In this document: in pieces, positions 1 to 8,499 of the stretch | Layout: each line of letters starts with the position of its first letter | How positions within the stretch are numbered: the first letter of the stretch is position 1 | Source: Clostridia bacterium | GTDB taxonomy: Bacteria; Bacillota; Clostridia; Oscillospirales; SIG627 | Length of the DNA: 64,000 nucleotides | NCBI GenBank assembly: GCA_017520825.1 | Contig: JAFXEX010000014.1 | Span: 69,118 to 133,117, forward strand | Reading direction: 5' to 3' | Program-made: the position numbers and the translations under genes | The notes under the pieces: generated by a model | Seen by the model: the letters and a program-made list of their open reading frames with translations, nothing else | Databases searched by the model: none | Told to the model about the DNA's origin: nothing

Positions 1-1844
1 AGCTTGAGGAAGAAAGGCTTCCTAAGGTGAAAGAGTATACAAAAAAGATAGCTGAAATAAAAGCTATTTTGCCTGATTATGACGAGCTAATTCAAAAGCA
101 AAAGACTTTTGACGATAATAAAGCATTCATTGATAGTAGCGGCGAAAACATTTCTGAAATTGAGAGAGGTATTCAAGCTTTAAGCGATGAAATAATTCTT
201 CTAACCGAAGAGAACAAAACTCTCGAAAAAAACGGCGAAGAAAAGCTGAAACTTGAAGCTGAAAAGCAAAAGCACGAAGAAGGAAGAAACAAACTTGAAG
301 ATTTAGACAAGAATATTGTGATTGCTTTCGACTATCATAAGGTATTCCTTGCTGCCAATGGTGATTATTTGGAGAAGGTCAAAGAGGCAGAAGAATTAGA
401 CTGTGAATACAAGACAATGACAAGGATTTATCTCGAAGCACAAGCAGGAATTTTGGCAGAAACTTTAGAAATAAATAAGCCTTGTCCTGTATGCGGTTCA
501 ACAACACATCCGCAAGTCGCAATTAAACCTGTTGATGTACCTACTAAGGATCAGCTTGATGACCTTCAGGATAAACTTAATATTGCCAATCAAACTGCAA
601 ATGAAGCAAGAACAGAGGCGGGCAAATTAAAGGGTGTGTCAGAAGAAAAAGAGATTACTGTAAAGAAGGATATAGTATTACTTTTGGGTGATGATGTATC
701 ATTTGACGAAGCACGGTCTGTAATTGCATCGAAAATATCTGACATTGATTCTTCGGTTAATGGTTTGAATTCACAGATAAAAGAAGTTCAGGACAAAATT
801 GAACGCAAAAAAGAACTTGATGAGCTTTTACCTGGAAAGAATTCTACTCTCGAAAAATCAAAAGAACAATTAACAGAAATTAAAGATAAGGTAAAAGTAA
901 GAACAGCAGAAAATATAGTTCTGGAAAAACGAATTTCCGAATTGTTGGAAAAGCTTATGTTTAAAACAAAAGCTGATGCGGAAAGCCAAATAACCGCCTT
1001 AGAAGATGAAGCAGAAGCTATTCAAAAAGCTTATGATGACTTGTTAAAAGAAGTGAATGATAACAAGGAAAAGCTTGCGTCACTAAAATCGGCAAAAGAT
1101 GAGATTTTAAAGCGCATTGGCAATGGCACGGATATTGACTTGGATAAAGAAAAAGAAAACAAACAATTTTTCGAAGAAAAGCAAGCTGTGCTTGACACAA
1201 ATTCAAAAATAGTACATAGTCGCAAAACATCTAACAAATCTTCTCTCGATAACATTTTGCAAAAGCTTGATGAAATTAAAATCGTTGAAGAAAAGTGGAC
1301 TTGGATGAAAACACTTTCCAATACTGCTAATGGAAACTTAAGTGGAAAAGAAAAGATAATGCTCGAAACTTATATTCAGATGACTTATTTTGACAGAATT
1401 ATAAATCGTGCCAACACAAGATTTATGGTTATGTCAGGCGGGCAGTATGAATTAAAGAGAAGAAAAGAAGCCGAAAATAACCGAAGTCAAAGTGGCCTTG
1501 AATTAGATGTTATAGACCATTACAACGGAACAGAAAGAAGCGTAAAAACCCTGTCTGGCGGTGAATCGTTTAAGGCATCTCTTTCTCTTGCTCTTGGCCT
1601 TTCCGATGAAATTCAATCATCTGCAGGCGGAATAAAGCTTGATACAATGTTTGTTGACGAAGGATTTGGATCTCTCGATGACGAATCCTTGGCACAAGCA
1701 ATAAAAGCCCTTTCATCGCTTGCTGAAGGAAACAGGCTTGTTGGTATCATTTCGCATGTAAACGAACTTAAAGACAAGATCGATAAACAGATAGTTGTAA
1801 AGAAAGAGAAAACAGGCGGAAGTAATGTTACTATTGTTGTATAA
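1..1844 (+). CDS. sbcC: SbcC/Rad50-family SMC-like ATPase, C-terminal ~610 codons (5' end outside the window)
   Basis: The frame is open from nt 3 through the listed GTG at 27, so the gene is cut by the window edge. It has a long K/E-rich coiled coil with a CPVCGS (CxxC, zinc-hook-like) motif, then the ABC signature LSGGESF, Walker B LDTMFVDEGFGSLD and H-loop GIISHV. Confidence 0.85.
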   Translation, partial: LEEERLPKVKEYTKKIAEIKAILPDYDELIQKQKTFDDNKAFIDSSGENISEIERGIQALSDEIILLTEENKTLEKNGEEKLKLEAEKQKHEEGRNKLEDLDKNIVIAFDYHKVFLAANGDYLEKVKEAEELDCEYKTMTRIYLEAQAGILAETLEINKPCPVCGSTTHPQVAIKPVDVPTKDQLDDLQDKLNIANQTANEARTEAGKLKGVSEEKEITVKKDIVLLLGDDVSFDEARSVIASKISDIDSSVNGLNSQIKEVQDKIERKKELDELLPGKNSTLEKSKEQLTEIKDKVKVRTAENIVLEKRISELLEKLMFKTKADAESQITALEDEAEAIQKAYDDLLKEVNDNKEKLASLKSAKDEILKRIGNGTDIDLDKEKENKQFFEEKQAVLDTNSKIVHSRKTSNKSSLDNILQKLDEIKIVEEKWTWMKTLSNTANGNLSGKEKIMLETYIQMTYFDRIINRANTRFMVMSGGQYELKRRKEAENNRSQSGLELDVIDHYNGTERSVKTLSGGESFKASLSLALGLSDEIQSSAGGIKLDTMFVDEGFGSLDDESLAQAIKALSSLAEGNRLVGIISHVNELKDKIDKQIVVKKEKTGGSNVTIVV

Positions 1845-1929
1845 ATTTTTTCTTGAATATTTAGTGTAATATTTGCAACGTTTTTTCTTTGATATAAGTC
1901 TCACAGTCCGTTTTATAGGACAGTTGATG

Positions 1930-1938
1930 TGATATAAT
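1930..1938 (+). promoter_or_regulatory. Extended -10 element TGaTATAAT upstream of the 1970 gene
   Basis: TGATATAAT was read directly, 32 nt upstream of the ATG at 1970. The -35 region is poor (GTTTTA). Confidence 0.4.
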
Positions 1939-1969
1939 TATATCAACAAAGGAAAGGTGGTAATAGAAT

Positions 1970-2554
1970 ATGGAAACAAAAGGTGAAATCAACATTTCTC
2001 CAAACTACAACAAAGATAGTTATCTTAACTTAAACCTCTCTTTGCAAAGTAGTGAGTCCGATTGGAATATGGCTGTTGCAATTTTGAAAGACAGAATTGA
2101 AGGCAGGTACTTTAATCAAATCGATTTACTTTCAAATGATGTTAATGCAAACGGATTCACTATAATGGCCTTGAATTGTTTGCTCATTGAAACATTGTTT
2201 CAGTTTAGAGATGGTGAAGAAGAAACCCCCCGTCCAAACAACAAGACCTACCCGGCGTTTCTATTACAGGAGTTTTCGTCCGTTTTTAGAGATCAAAAAA
2301 CAGCGAAAAGTTTTTATGCAAATATTCGTTGTGGTATTCTTCACTCTGCTCAAACAAAAAATGAATCGAGACTATCTGATAGAGAAGATGTTGTTGTGAC
2401 TTTTGAAGGAAACACTCTGGTCGTATCTGTAAAAGGCGTATCCTCATTGTTAAAGACGTATTTTGAACATTATTTGCAAAAACTTTCAAATCCAAAAGAA
2501 GTAACCTTGCGCAATAATTTCATAAATAAAATGAAATTTGTGTGCCGAAAGTGA
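1970..2554 (+). CDS. Hypothetical 194-aa protein with a HEPN-like R-x4-H motif (tentative)
   Basis: A GGAAAGGTGG RBS precedes the ATG. The protein contains NIRCGILHSAQ, which has the R-x4-H spacing of HEPN RNases, after a helix carrying an acidic residue (LLIETLFQF). The family call rests on motif spacing only. Confidence 0.6.
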   Translation: METKGEINISPNYNKDSYLNLNLSLQSSESDWNMAVAILKDRIEGRYFNQIDLLSNDVNANGFTIMALNCLLIETLFQFRDGEEETPRPNNKTYPAFLLQEFSSVFRDQKTAKSFYANIRCGILHSAQTKNESRLSDREDVVVTFEGNTLVVSVKGVSSLLKTYFEHYLQKLSNPKEVTLRNNFINKMKFVCRK

Positions 2555-2564
2555 GGAGATAAAC

Positions 2565-2774
2565 ATGTTTGAACCTTGGCAACTGGCAATGATTGATGAT
2601 GCCGGTTATAATGGTATTCGTGACGAGCACATTAACCGTGTATCAGAATCCTTGCTTTCAAGCGATTTAACTGGTATTGACCACAATACATTTGATTATC
2701 ACTGCCACAAATGTGGCATTGATCCAAATAATTTTACTAAACGCGATTTAGAAAAATTGTTCGAAAACATATAA
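2565..2774 (+). CDS. Small hypothetical protein (69 aa)
   Basis: The ORF track starts at 2538. However, GAGGAG lies 6 nt upstream of the ATG at 2565, which is 11 nt after the upstream stop, and the next gene follows 13 nt after this one's stop. The protein contains a CHKC pair. Confidence 0.5.
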   Translation: MFEPWQLAMIDDAGYNGIRDEHINRVSESLLSSDLTGIDHNTFDYHCHKCGIDPNNFTKRDLEKLFENI

Positions 2775-2786
2775 AAGGAGAGCGTT

Positions 2787-4097
2787 ATGAAATCAGTAGA
2801 TACAAAGGTTTACAAAATCACAGAAACTATAAGAGAAAAAGCCAACTTAGCAGATGAATTATACCAAAATAAAGCAAGCAAAGTTCACGAGGCGCTTTCT
2901 GACACTATATATCTTTCGCAAATCAATTCACTAAGACGGATTGTTGCAGATGCATTAAAGGCAGCCGAAGAATTATATTTAACATACGAAGCTCTGGTTC
3001 GTACCTTGGATTCTAAATGCAAAAGCATTATTGACGAGGGCGCTTCAGCAGACGCAGTAAAGGAAGTTTGTGACTTAATTGAATATCTAAACGCCGAATC
3101 ATCTTCTATTGATTGCAATTTTACTTTGTCAATCGAAATGATTGATATGGGTGACCTTGGTGGAATGAGCTTTATTGCCAGTGTTGAAGCTCAAGCAATA
3201 GAAGCTCTTTGGAAATCAAATTATTCTACTATGCCAGAAGTTATAGAGGCCGAAAAACAAAGTAAAATTATTGAAAATAAAGAAAAGGATGAATTAAAGA
3301 AAGCCTTAAAAGAGGTAGAAAAGAAAAAGAAAGAGAACGCAGAGCTTGCTAAAGAAATTGAATTAAAAAACCAAAAAGCAAAAGAGTATATGGATTCAAT
3401 AATACAAGAGTGCAAACAATGCATATCGGATTATAAAAATAGGCTAGAAGAAGAATTAGAGGCACAGATAAGTCAACTTGAAAAAAGCAAAGAAACTGAA
3501 ACTTTGGAAATCAAGAAAAAAATAAGTAAAAAACAAGATGAATTGTCAAACATGGGACTTTTTAACTTTTCACAAAAAAAGATCTTGAAAGACGAAATAA
3601 GAAATTTATCAATTGCTTTAGAAAAACTTAATACTTCAAACATAGTTTCACAAAAAAACAATTACTTCCGTGAATTGATTGACGGGACATTAAAAGATTA
3701 CAAAAAAACTATTGATGAATATTTGTCAAAAAGATTCCCAAAAACTGACGATGAGAAATCTTCAACTGTTGAACTTGAACCTGCTGATATCATTTTACAA
3801 GTCATGGATTCTGCGGATTCACTTATGACTATTAGTGATATCAAACTTGCTGATTATAGAATTCCGGACTCTAATCAAAAAGTTTCAGCCTTTGTTCGCC
3901 AATTGGTTGTAGAAGGTCTGTTAATGCGAAAGGAAATAAAGGAATGTGCATACTTTAAAATAACGCCAAAAGGTAGGTTGAAAATAGCTGAGAAAACTGA
4001 TCCTTTACCTGTAGAAAAATATCGTGAAAACCCAGAGTATGCTAACACTCCTATACCTGAATCACCAAGCGTGATGACAATTTTTAAACAAACATAA
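2787..4097 (+). CDS. 436-aa coiled-coil protein, paralog A (possible C-terminal winged-helix)
   Basis: An AAGGAGA RBS is present. The central region is a highly charged K/E coiled coil. The motif LSNMGLFNFSQKKILKDEIRNL and the C-terminal tail ...NTPIPESPSV are both shared with the 5238 gene. The C-terminal VSAFVRQLVVEGLLMRKE...ITPKGR segment looks wHTH-like. Confidence 0.8.
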   Translation: MKSVDTKVYKITETIREKANLADELYQNKASKVHEALSDTIYLSQINSLRRIVADALKAAEELYLTYEALVRTLDSKCKSIIDEGASADAVKEVCDLIEYLNAESSSIDCNFTLSIEMIDMGDLGGMSFIASVEAQAIEALWKSNYSTMPEVIEAEKQSKIIENKEKDELKKALKEVEKKKKENAELAKEIELKNQKAKEYMDSIIQECKQCISDYKNRLEEELEAQISQLEKSKETETLEIKKKISKKQDELSNMGLFNFSQKKILKDEIRNLSIALEKLNTSNIVSQKNNYFRELIDGTLKDYKKTIDEYLSKRFPKTDDEKSSTVELEPADIILQVMDSADSLMTISDIKLADYRIPDSNQKVSAFVRQLVVEGLLMRKEIKECAYFKITPKGRLKIAEKTDPLPVEKYRENPEYANTPIPESPSVMTIFKQT

Positions 4098-4141
4098 AGT
4101 TATTTGATATTTCTTAGTAGGATTTATAAGGTCATGAGCAA

Positions 4142-4192
4142 ATGGGACTTTTTGGTTACAAGAAACTTATTGATGTGATTTCCAGATTATAA
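4142..4192 (+). other. 16-codon mini-ORF or gene fragment (MGLFGYKKLIDVISRL) resembling the paralog motif
   Basis: It shares atgggacttttt with the 2787 gene at the nucleotide level. Its translation mimics the MGLFNFSQKKILKDEI motif and is bounded by TAA on both sides. It is likely a remnant of a third paralog. Confidence 0.3.
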
Positions 4193-4595
4193 TCAACGCG
4201 TTCCTTTCGGTAAGCCTTTATTTCCTGACTTCCGGCTATCTCGACATTTTTTTACCTATATGATCTGTGTAGTATGCGCAGATACCTATAACAAAAAAAT
4301 GTATTTCTTTGATCAAGAAGGTAAGGAACGAATACTTTGAGTTTGCTCCTTTGCGCAAAGCCGGAACGCAGAAAACACTTAACGGGACAAACCAATAATT
4401 AGGGGGGTGAAGAAATATACTAGGAATATCGTTACTTTGTCAGAGACAGTTCCCTATCATTTCTGAATAATACTTTACAGAAAATTGAACTGGAAGCATC
4501 TGATGACAAGTAGACAGTAAAAATAAAAACCACAATCGGAAGACAAAGAATATAATGCAGTCTAATTAAAAATATGAATTTAAAGGAGAACTATT

Positions 4596-5192
4596 ATGAA
4601 CGAATCAAAATACTTACAACAAACACACTTTTATGTTCCTGACGAATATGTTAGTGCCAAGGCACAGGAGGAAACAGATATAAACTTATCTTCTTTTGCG
4701 GGAGCGAATTTCACCTTTGATATTATTGAGTAACCATTTCATTGTGTAATTGCTTCTATTGAAGGTGCTATTGAGTTTAAGTTATATGTTCGCAGTGAAA
4801 TGGGAGCCTTTCTTGAAAACCCTGATCTCGGAGTGAAATTGTTCCGAGAACCTCGATAAGATGGAAAAGAGTTTGAGGTTACTGCAAATATAGGAAGAAT
4901 TGGAGATGTAGGACAAATTTTTGGTATTTTCCTCAATGTAGTTGGGGGGATAAGTATATTTGCGGAGGAAAAAGAGCTTGTAACTGAACTTTCAAATATT
5001 GACACTGAGTCTGAAGGTTTCCTTATCAAACTCGACGGTGATGAACTTCTGTTTAACAAGGTTGCTGGAAAGGCCCGCCCTGATATGGCTTGCACTACCT
5101 TGTTCGGAGGTGTCCAGATGATGCGCCCTTACCAGGACGAAATTATGGATAGCTGGATGGGCGAGATGATGTCGATTGAAGAAAAAAATTGA
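4596..5192 (+). pseudogene. About 199-codon reading frame interrupted by two in-frame TAA codons (4731, 4857)
   Basis: I translated it by hand. An AAAGGAGA RBS precedes an ATG at 4596, and a single frame runs to TGA at 5190 with TAA at 4731-4733 and 4857-4859. The amino-acid composition looks protein-like on this strand. The opposite-strand ORFs in the track look like antisense artefacts. Confidence 0.5.
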
Positions 5193-5237
5193 ACAGATAG
5201 TACAAAATTTCAAAGCATAAAATCCAGGAGGATAAAA

Positions 5238-6575
5238 ATGAATGCTCAAGAATATTATTCTTATGCGAAAGAAAAAATTTATAATTTTAAGAAAAGGTGG
5301 GAAGCTTTTACCATTGAAGCTCCCAACAAACTTTCTAACTTAATAGCAGAGGGGATTTCGTTTTCAAAAACGCTTGGTATTTCTGAAGATATACATACCG
5401 GAGAAATAAAACTCAAGACTGAGTATGAAATAAATTCAAATACAGATTTTGCTGAAGGGTATATTGGAGTTATAAAGTATCGGGTAGAAAAATATGCAGA
5501 AGAATTAATGGGAATAGTTGAAGATATCGATGTTAATTTATATACATTTGTTTTCGAAGGGCTTGATAACGATTTATTTAATGATTTTGTTGATATTATT
5601 GACGAATGCATCAAATATTTTTCCGATATATGCATAAATATTTCTAGCGGACGAATTGGTACAACTGTTCCTGATTCGGCGATATCAATACAAAAGAAAT
5701 GGGAAAATACTTTTCCTGATGAGGTCAGAAAAAACGAATCTGAAAGATTAGGCATTCCCATTGAAAATCTGGGTAAACATATAAAATACCTTGAAGCAAA
5801 AAAACTATTGAAAAATGCAACAACATCGACTGAGATAAATGATGCCAAGGAGATTTTTATCTTACTTAATGGATATTTAGACTCCTCAGGGCTTGTATCA
5901 TTATGTGATGAAAAAAATTTAGAGTTAGAGAAAAACAAAGTAGAAAAAATCATTAATATGAAGCAAAGAGCAGCGGAAGGAAGACGAAAAAGAGAGGAAG
6001 AATTACGGCAAAAGAGGGAGAAGGAAGAAAAGCAAGAGGCTGACTATTATGCAGTTCAAAACGAATGTGAACGCAATCTTGCTGAATTTAAAAATCAGTT
6101 AGAAGTACAGATTGAAATTGAAATTAACATTGCAAAAAAAGAAAACGAAGCGCTGTTGTTAGAAGCAAAAGAAGAATTTACAACAATGGAAAAAGAACTG
6201 TCATCACTTGGATTCTTTAAGTTTTCTGACAAGAATAGGCTAAAGAATGAAATCAACAATTTGCAAAACAAAATAGACTTTCTTTCTTCAGAGCAACAAG
6301 TTGCAGAACTCGAAAAACATTTAAAATCAAAAGCTATCAAGGTACAAAAGAAATATAAAAAACAACTTGAAGATTTTTTTGATGAGCTTTTTCCGTTTGA
6401 AAAGCAGTTTGACACTGCCAAAAAAGCTTATATTGATTCTAAAGGATATTATGACGAGAAGCGTGCTGAAGAATATGCATACCGAAAGGTTATAACCAAA
6501 GAATTTGAAAGAGCACCGGGAATGGAAAATGCAACAGTGCCTTCCATACCTAACGTCAAGGACGCATTAAAATAA
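5238..6575 (+). CDS. 445-aa coiled-coil protein, paralog B
   Basis: A CAGGAGGA RBS is present. It has a charged coiled coil (RRKREEELRQKREKEEKQE). The motif LSSLGFFKFSDKNRLKNEINNL and the tail NATVPSIPNV match the 2787 gene. Confidence 0.8.
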   Translation: MNAQEYYSYAKEKIYNFKKRWEAFTIEAPNKLSNLIAEGISFSKTLGISEDIHTGEIKLKTEYEINSNTDFAEGYIGVIKYRVEKYAEELMGIVEDIDVNLYTFVFEGLDNDLFNDFVDIIDECIKYFSDICINISSGRIGTTVPDSAISIQKKWENTFPDEVRKNESERLGIPIENLGKHIKYLEAKKLLKNATTSTEINDAKEIFILLNGYLDSSGLVSLCDEKNLELEKNKVEKIINMKQRAAEGRRKREEELRQKREKEEKQEADYYAVQNECERNLAEFKNQLEVQIEIEINIAKKENEALLLEAKEEFTTMEKELSSLGFFKFSDKNRLKNEINNLQNKIDFLSSEQQVAELEKHLKSKAIKVQKKYKKQLEDFFDELFPFEKQFDTAKKAYIDSKGYYDEKRAEEYAYRKVITKEFERAPGMENATVPSIPNVKDALK

Positions 6576-6632
6576 TCTTTTAAGAATTAGAAGGATATTA
6601 GAACATAAATAAAATGAAATAAACAGAAGGAG

Positions 6633-7718
6633 GTGGAAAAGTTGAAATACATAATTAACGATAAAAAATATCGTTTCAAATCGGCATTTGATACTGAAAC
6701 GGGTGCATATGTCCGTACCGGCGTGCTTGATGAAAACGACAAAGATACAGGTGTTGATCCCTTTATGGCATCCTATCCTCATCTAATTGACGTTGGCATT
6801 ATGGGTCACTGTATTCACGGTAAGACAGGACTTTGCGCCAAAGCAGGTATCGGATGCTATCAAAGCGGTATGCTTGTGGAACAACCTAATATGTCGGTTG
6901 AGGATTTCAGGTGGATTGCAGAACAATCTAAAGGAAAATGCAACCAATTTGCTCTCGGTGGCAGAGGTGATCCTGATCAGCACGAGCATTTTGAGGAAAT
7001 ACTAAAAATATGCCGAGAAAATGTGCTTGTACCCAATTTCACAACATCCGGTTATGGTATGACACCTGAAATTGCTAAACTGTGCAAGCAATATTGCGGT
7101 GCTGTGGCGGTAAGCTGGTATAGAAACGACTATACTTTGAAAGCTATTCAGATACTTCTTGATGCCGGTGTTAAAACCAACATTCATTATGTGCTCGGTA
7201 AAAATAGCATTGACGAAGCGATCGAACGTTTACAAAAGAATGACTTCCCACAAGGAATAAATGCAGTGATTTTTTTATTACATAAACCCGCAGGACAAGG
7301 CACGAAGGCAAATATGTTAGAGGCAATTGACCCAAGAGTTGCGGAATTTTTTGCACAGGTAGACAAGCAGCACCCCTTTAAGGTTGGTATGGATAGTTGT
7401 AATGTTCCCGGCGCCATCAATTTCTGCAAATCCATTTTGCCTGAATCCCTTGATACTTGCGAAGGTGGAAGATACAGCTGCTATATAGGTGCTGATATGA
7501 TTATGGTTCCTTGCAGTTTCGACCAAGAGAAGCGTTATGAGGTTTCACTGCGTAAAATGTCAATTACAGAAGGGTGGAATAGTGAACCCTTTGAGCGATT
7601 TCGCAACAAAATGCGTGGTGCTTGTCCTGATTGTGAAAAGAAAGAACTTTGTATGGGTGGATGCCCACTAATGCCCGAAATTGTTTTTTGTACAAGCAAA
7701 AGCAGAATAATATTATAA
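6633..7718 (+). CDS. Radical-SAM-fold / SPASM-domain protein lacking the canonical CX3CX2C motif
   Basis: The C-terminus CPDCEKKELCMGGC matches the SPASM signature C-x2-C-x5-C-x3-C, preceded by further Cys residues. GGRGDP and NFTTSGYG resemble the rSAM GGE and TNG motifs. The N-terminal Cys triad is GHCIHGKTGLCAKAGIGC (C-x7-C-x6-C). The start may instead be the TTG at 6642, because the GTG at 6633 lies inside the GGAGGTG SD. Confidence 0.8.
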   Translation: MEKLKYIINDKKYRFKSAFDTETGAYVRTGVLDENDKDTGVDPFMASYPHLIDVGIMGHCIHGKTGLCAKAGIGCYQSGMLVEQPNMSVEDFRWIAEQSKGKCNQFALGGRGDPDQHEHFEEILKICRENVLVPNFTTSGYGMTPEIAKLCKQYCGAVAVSWYRNDYTLKAIQILLDAGVKTNIHYVLGKNSIDEAIERLQKNDFPQGINAVIFLLHKPAGQGTKANMLEAIDPRVAEFFAQVDKQHPFKVGMDSCNVPGAINFCKSILPESLDTCEGGRYSCYIGADMIMVPCSFDQEKRYEVSLRKMSITEGWNSEPFERFRNKMRGACPDCEKKELCMGGCPLMPEIVFCTSKSRIIL

Positions 7719-7738
7719 GATGAAAGGAAGATTTAATT

Positions 7739-8464
7739 ATGAAAATTAGAACAGATTTTGTAACCAATTCAAGCTCCAGCAGCTTTTGTGTTGAGGTTCA
7801 AGTCAAAACAACAAGCGGTGCAAAATTCAAGACAAAGCTTTATGTTGGGGATGAAGATGGTATACTTGAAAGCGCAAATGTTATTGATTGTACTCCTACT
7901 GAAGTCCTCGAATGCGATAACATAAAGTCTTTGGCAGAACTTTTATATGAAGCGGTCGTACCGGAAGAAATAGACGAAGCACCAGAAGATTATTTTAAAA
8001 AAAGAGTTAAAAATTTCGTTAATAAAATTGGTAAAAATATATCAGATTTTAGCGACATAGAAACAATTACGTTTAGTGGGGAATGGGAAGCTTGGGGGCA
8101 GGCATCAAGTTGTTTTGGCGCAAATTTGGAATTTTATGCGAAAGAATTACCGGAGCTGGCAAGGAGAGTATGTGAATCTGATGGCGAAGAAAAAGAAAAA
8201 GCTAAAATTGATTTACAAAACTATTTGTCCAATTATGCTGGAAAAATCAAAGGAGATTGGGGCGGTAAATTCCCATCCGGTATGCTTGGAATGAACAAAG
8301 GAGCTATTGTGTGGGACAAAATTGCTAACAACATCGAGGAATTCGCCCAGATGGTTCTTGATGGTAACCTGCCTAATGATGACTATGCAGAGGAAACTGT
8401 TGTTATAAATATGAATACAAAGGAAATTACACAAAAAGCTGAGTATATTTTAAGAAACAATTAA
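7739..8464 (+). CDS. Acidic 241-aa hypothetical protein with N-terminal FVTNSSSSSFCVE motif
   Basis: An AAAGGAAG RBS is present, and the gene starts 20 nt after the rSAM stop. The protein is D/E-rich and contains no recognisable catalytic motif. Confidence 0.7.
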   Translation: MKIRTDFVTNSSSSSFCVEVQVKTTSGAKFKTKLYVGDEDGILESANVIDCTPTEVLECDNIKSLAELLYEAVVPEEIDEAPEDYFKKRVKNFVNKIGKNISDFSDIETITFSGEWEAWGQASSCFGANLEFYAKELPELARRVCESDGEEKEKAKIDLQNYLSNYAGKIKGDWGGKFPSGMLGMNKGAIVWDKIANNIEEFAQMVLDGNLPNDDYAEETVVINMNTKEITQKAEYILRNN

Positions 8465-8499
8465 ATTCTAAAATAAATATTAATAAAGGAGAAGTTGAT

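Noticed and set aside
4596-5192. Stop-codon reassignment (TAA read as sense) to explain the two in-frame TAA codons.
   Set aside because: Neighbouring island genes (ending at 1844, 2774, 4097, 6575, 7718 and 8464) and many core genes terminate with TAA at positions that give sensible protein ends. TAA is therefore a functional stop in this genome.
4739-5249. Minus-strand ORFs 4739-5095 (118 aa) and 4992-5249 (85 aa) in the island.
   Set aside because: They are Ser/Pro/Ile-rich low-complexity translations with no RBS. The plus strand carries a much more protein-like single frame with an RBS, interrupted by two TAA codons, so these are treated as antisense artefacts of a pseudogene.
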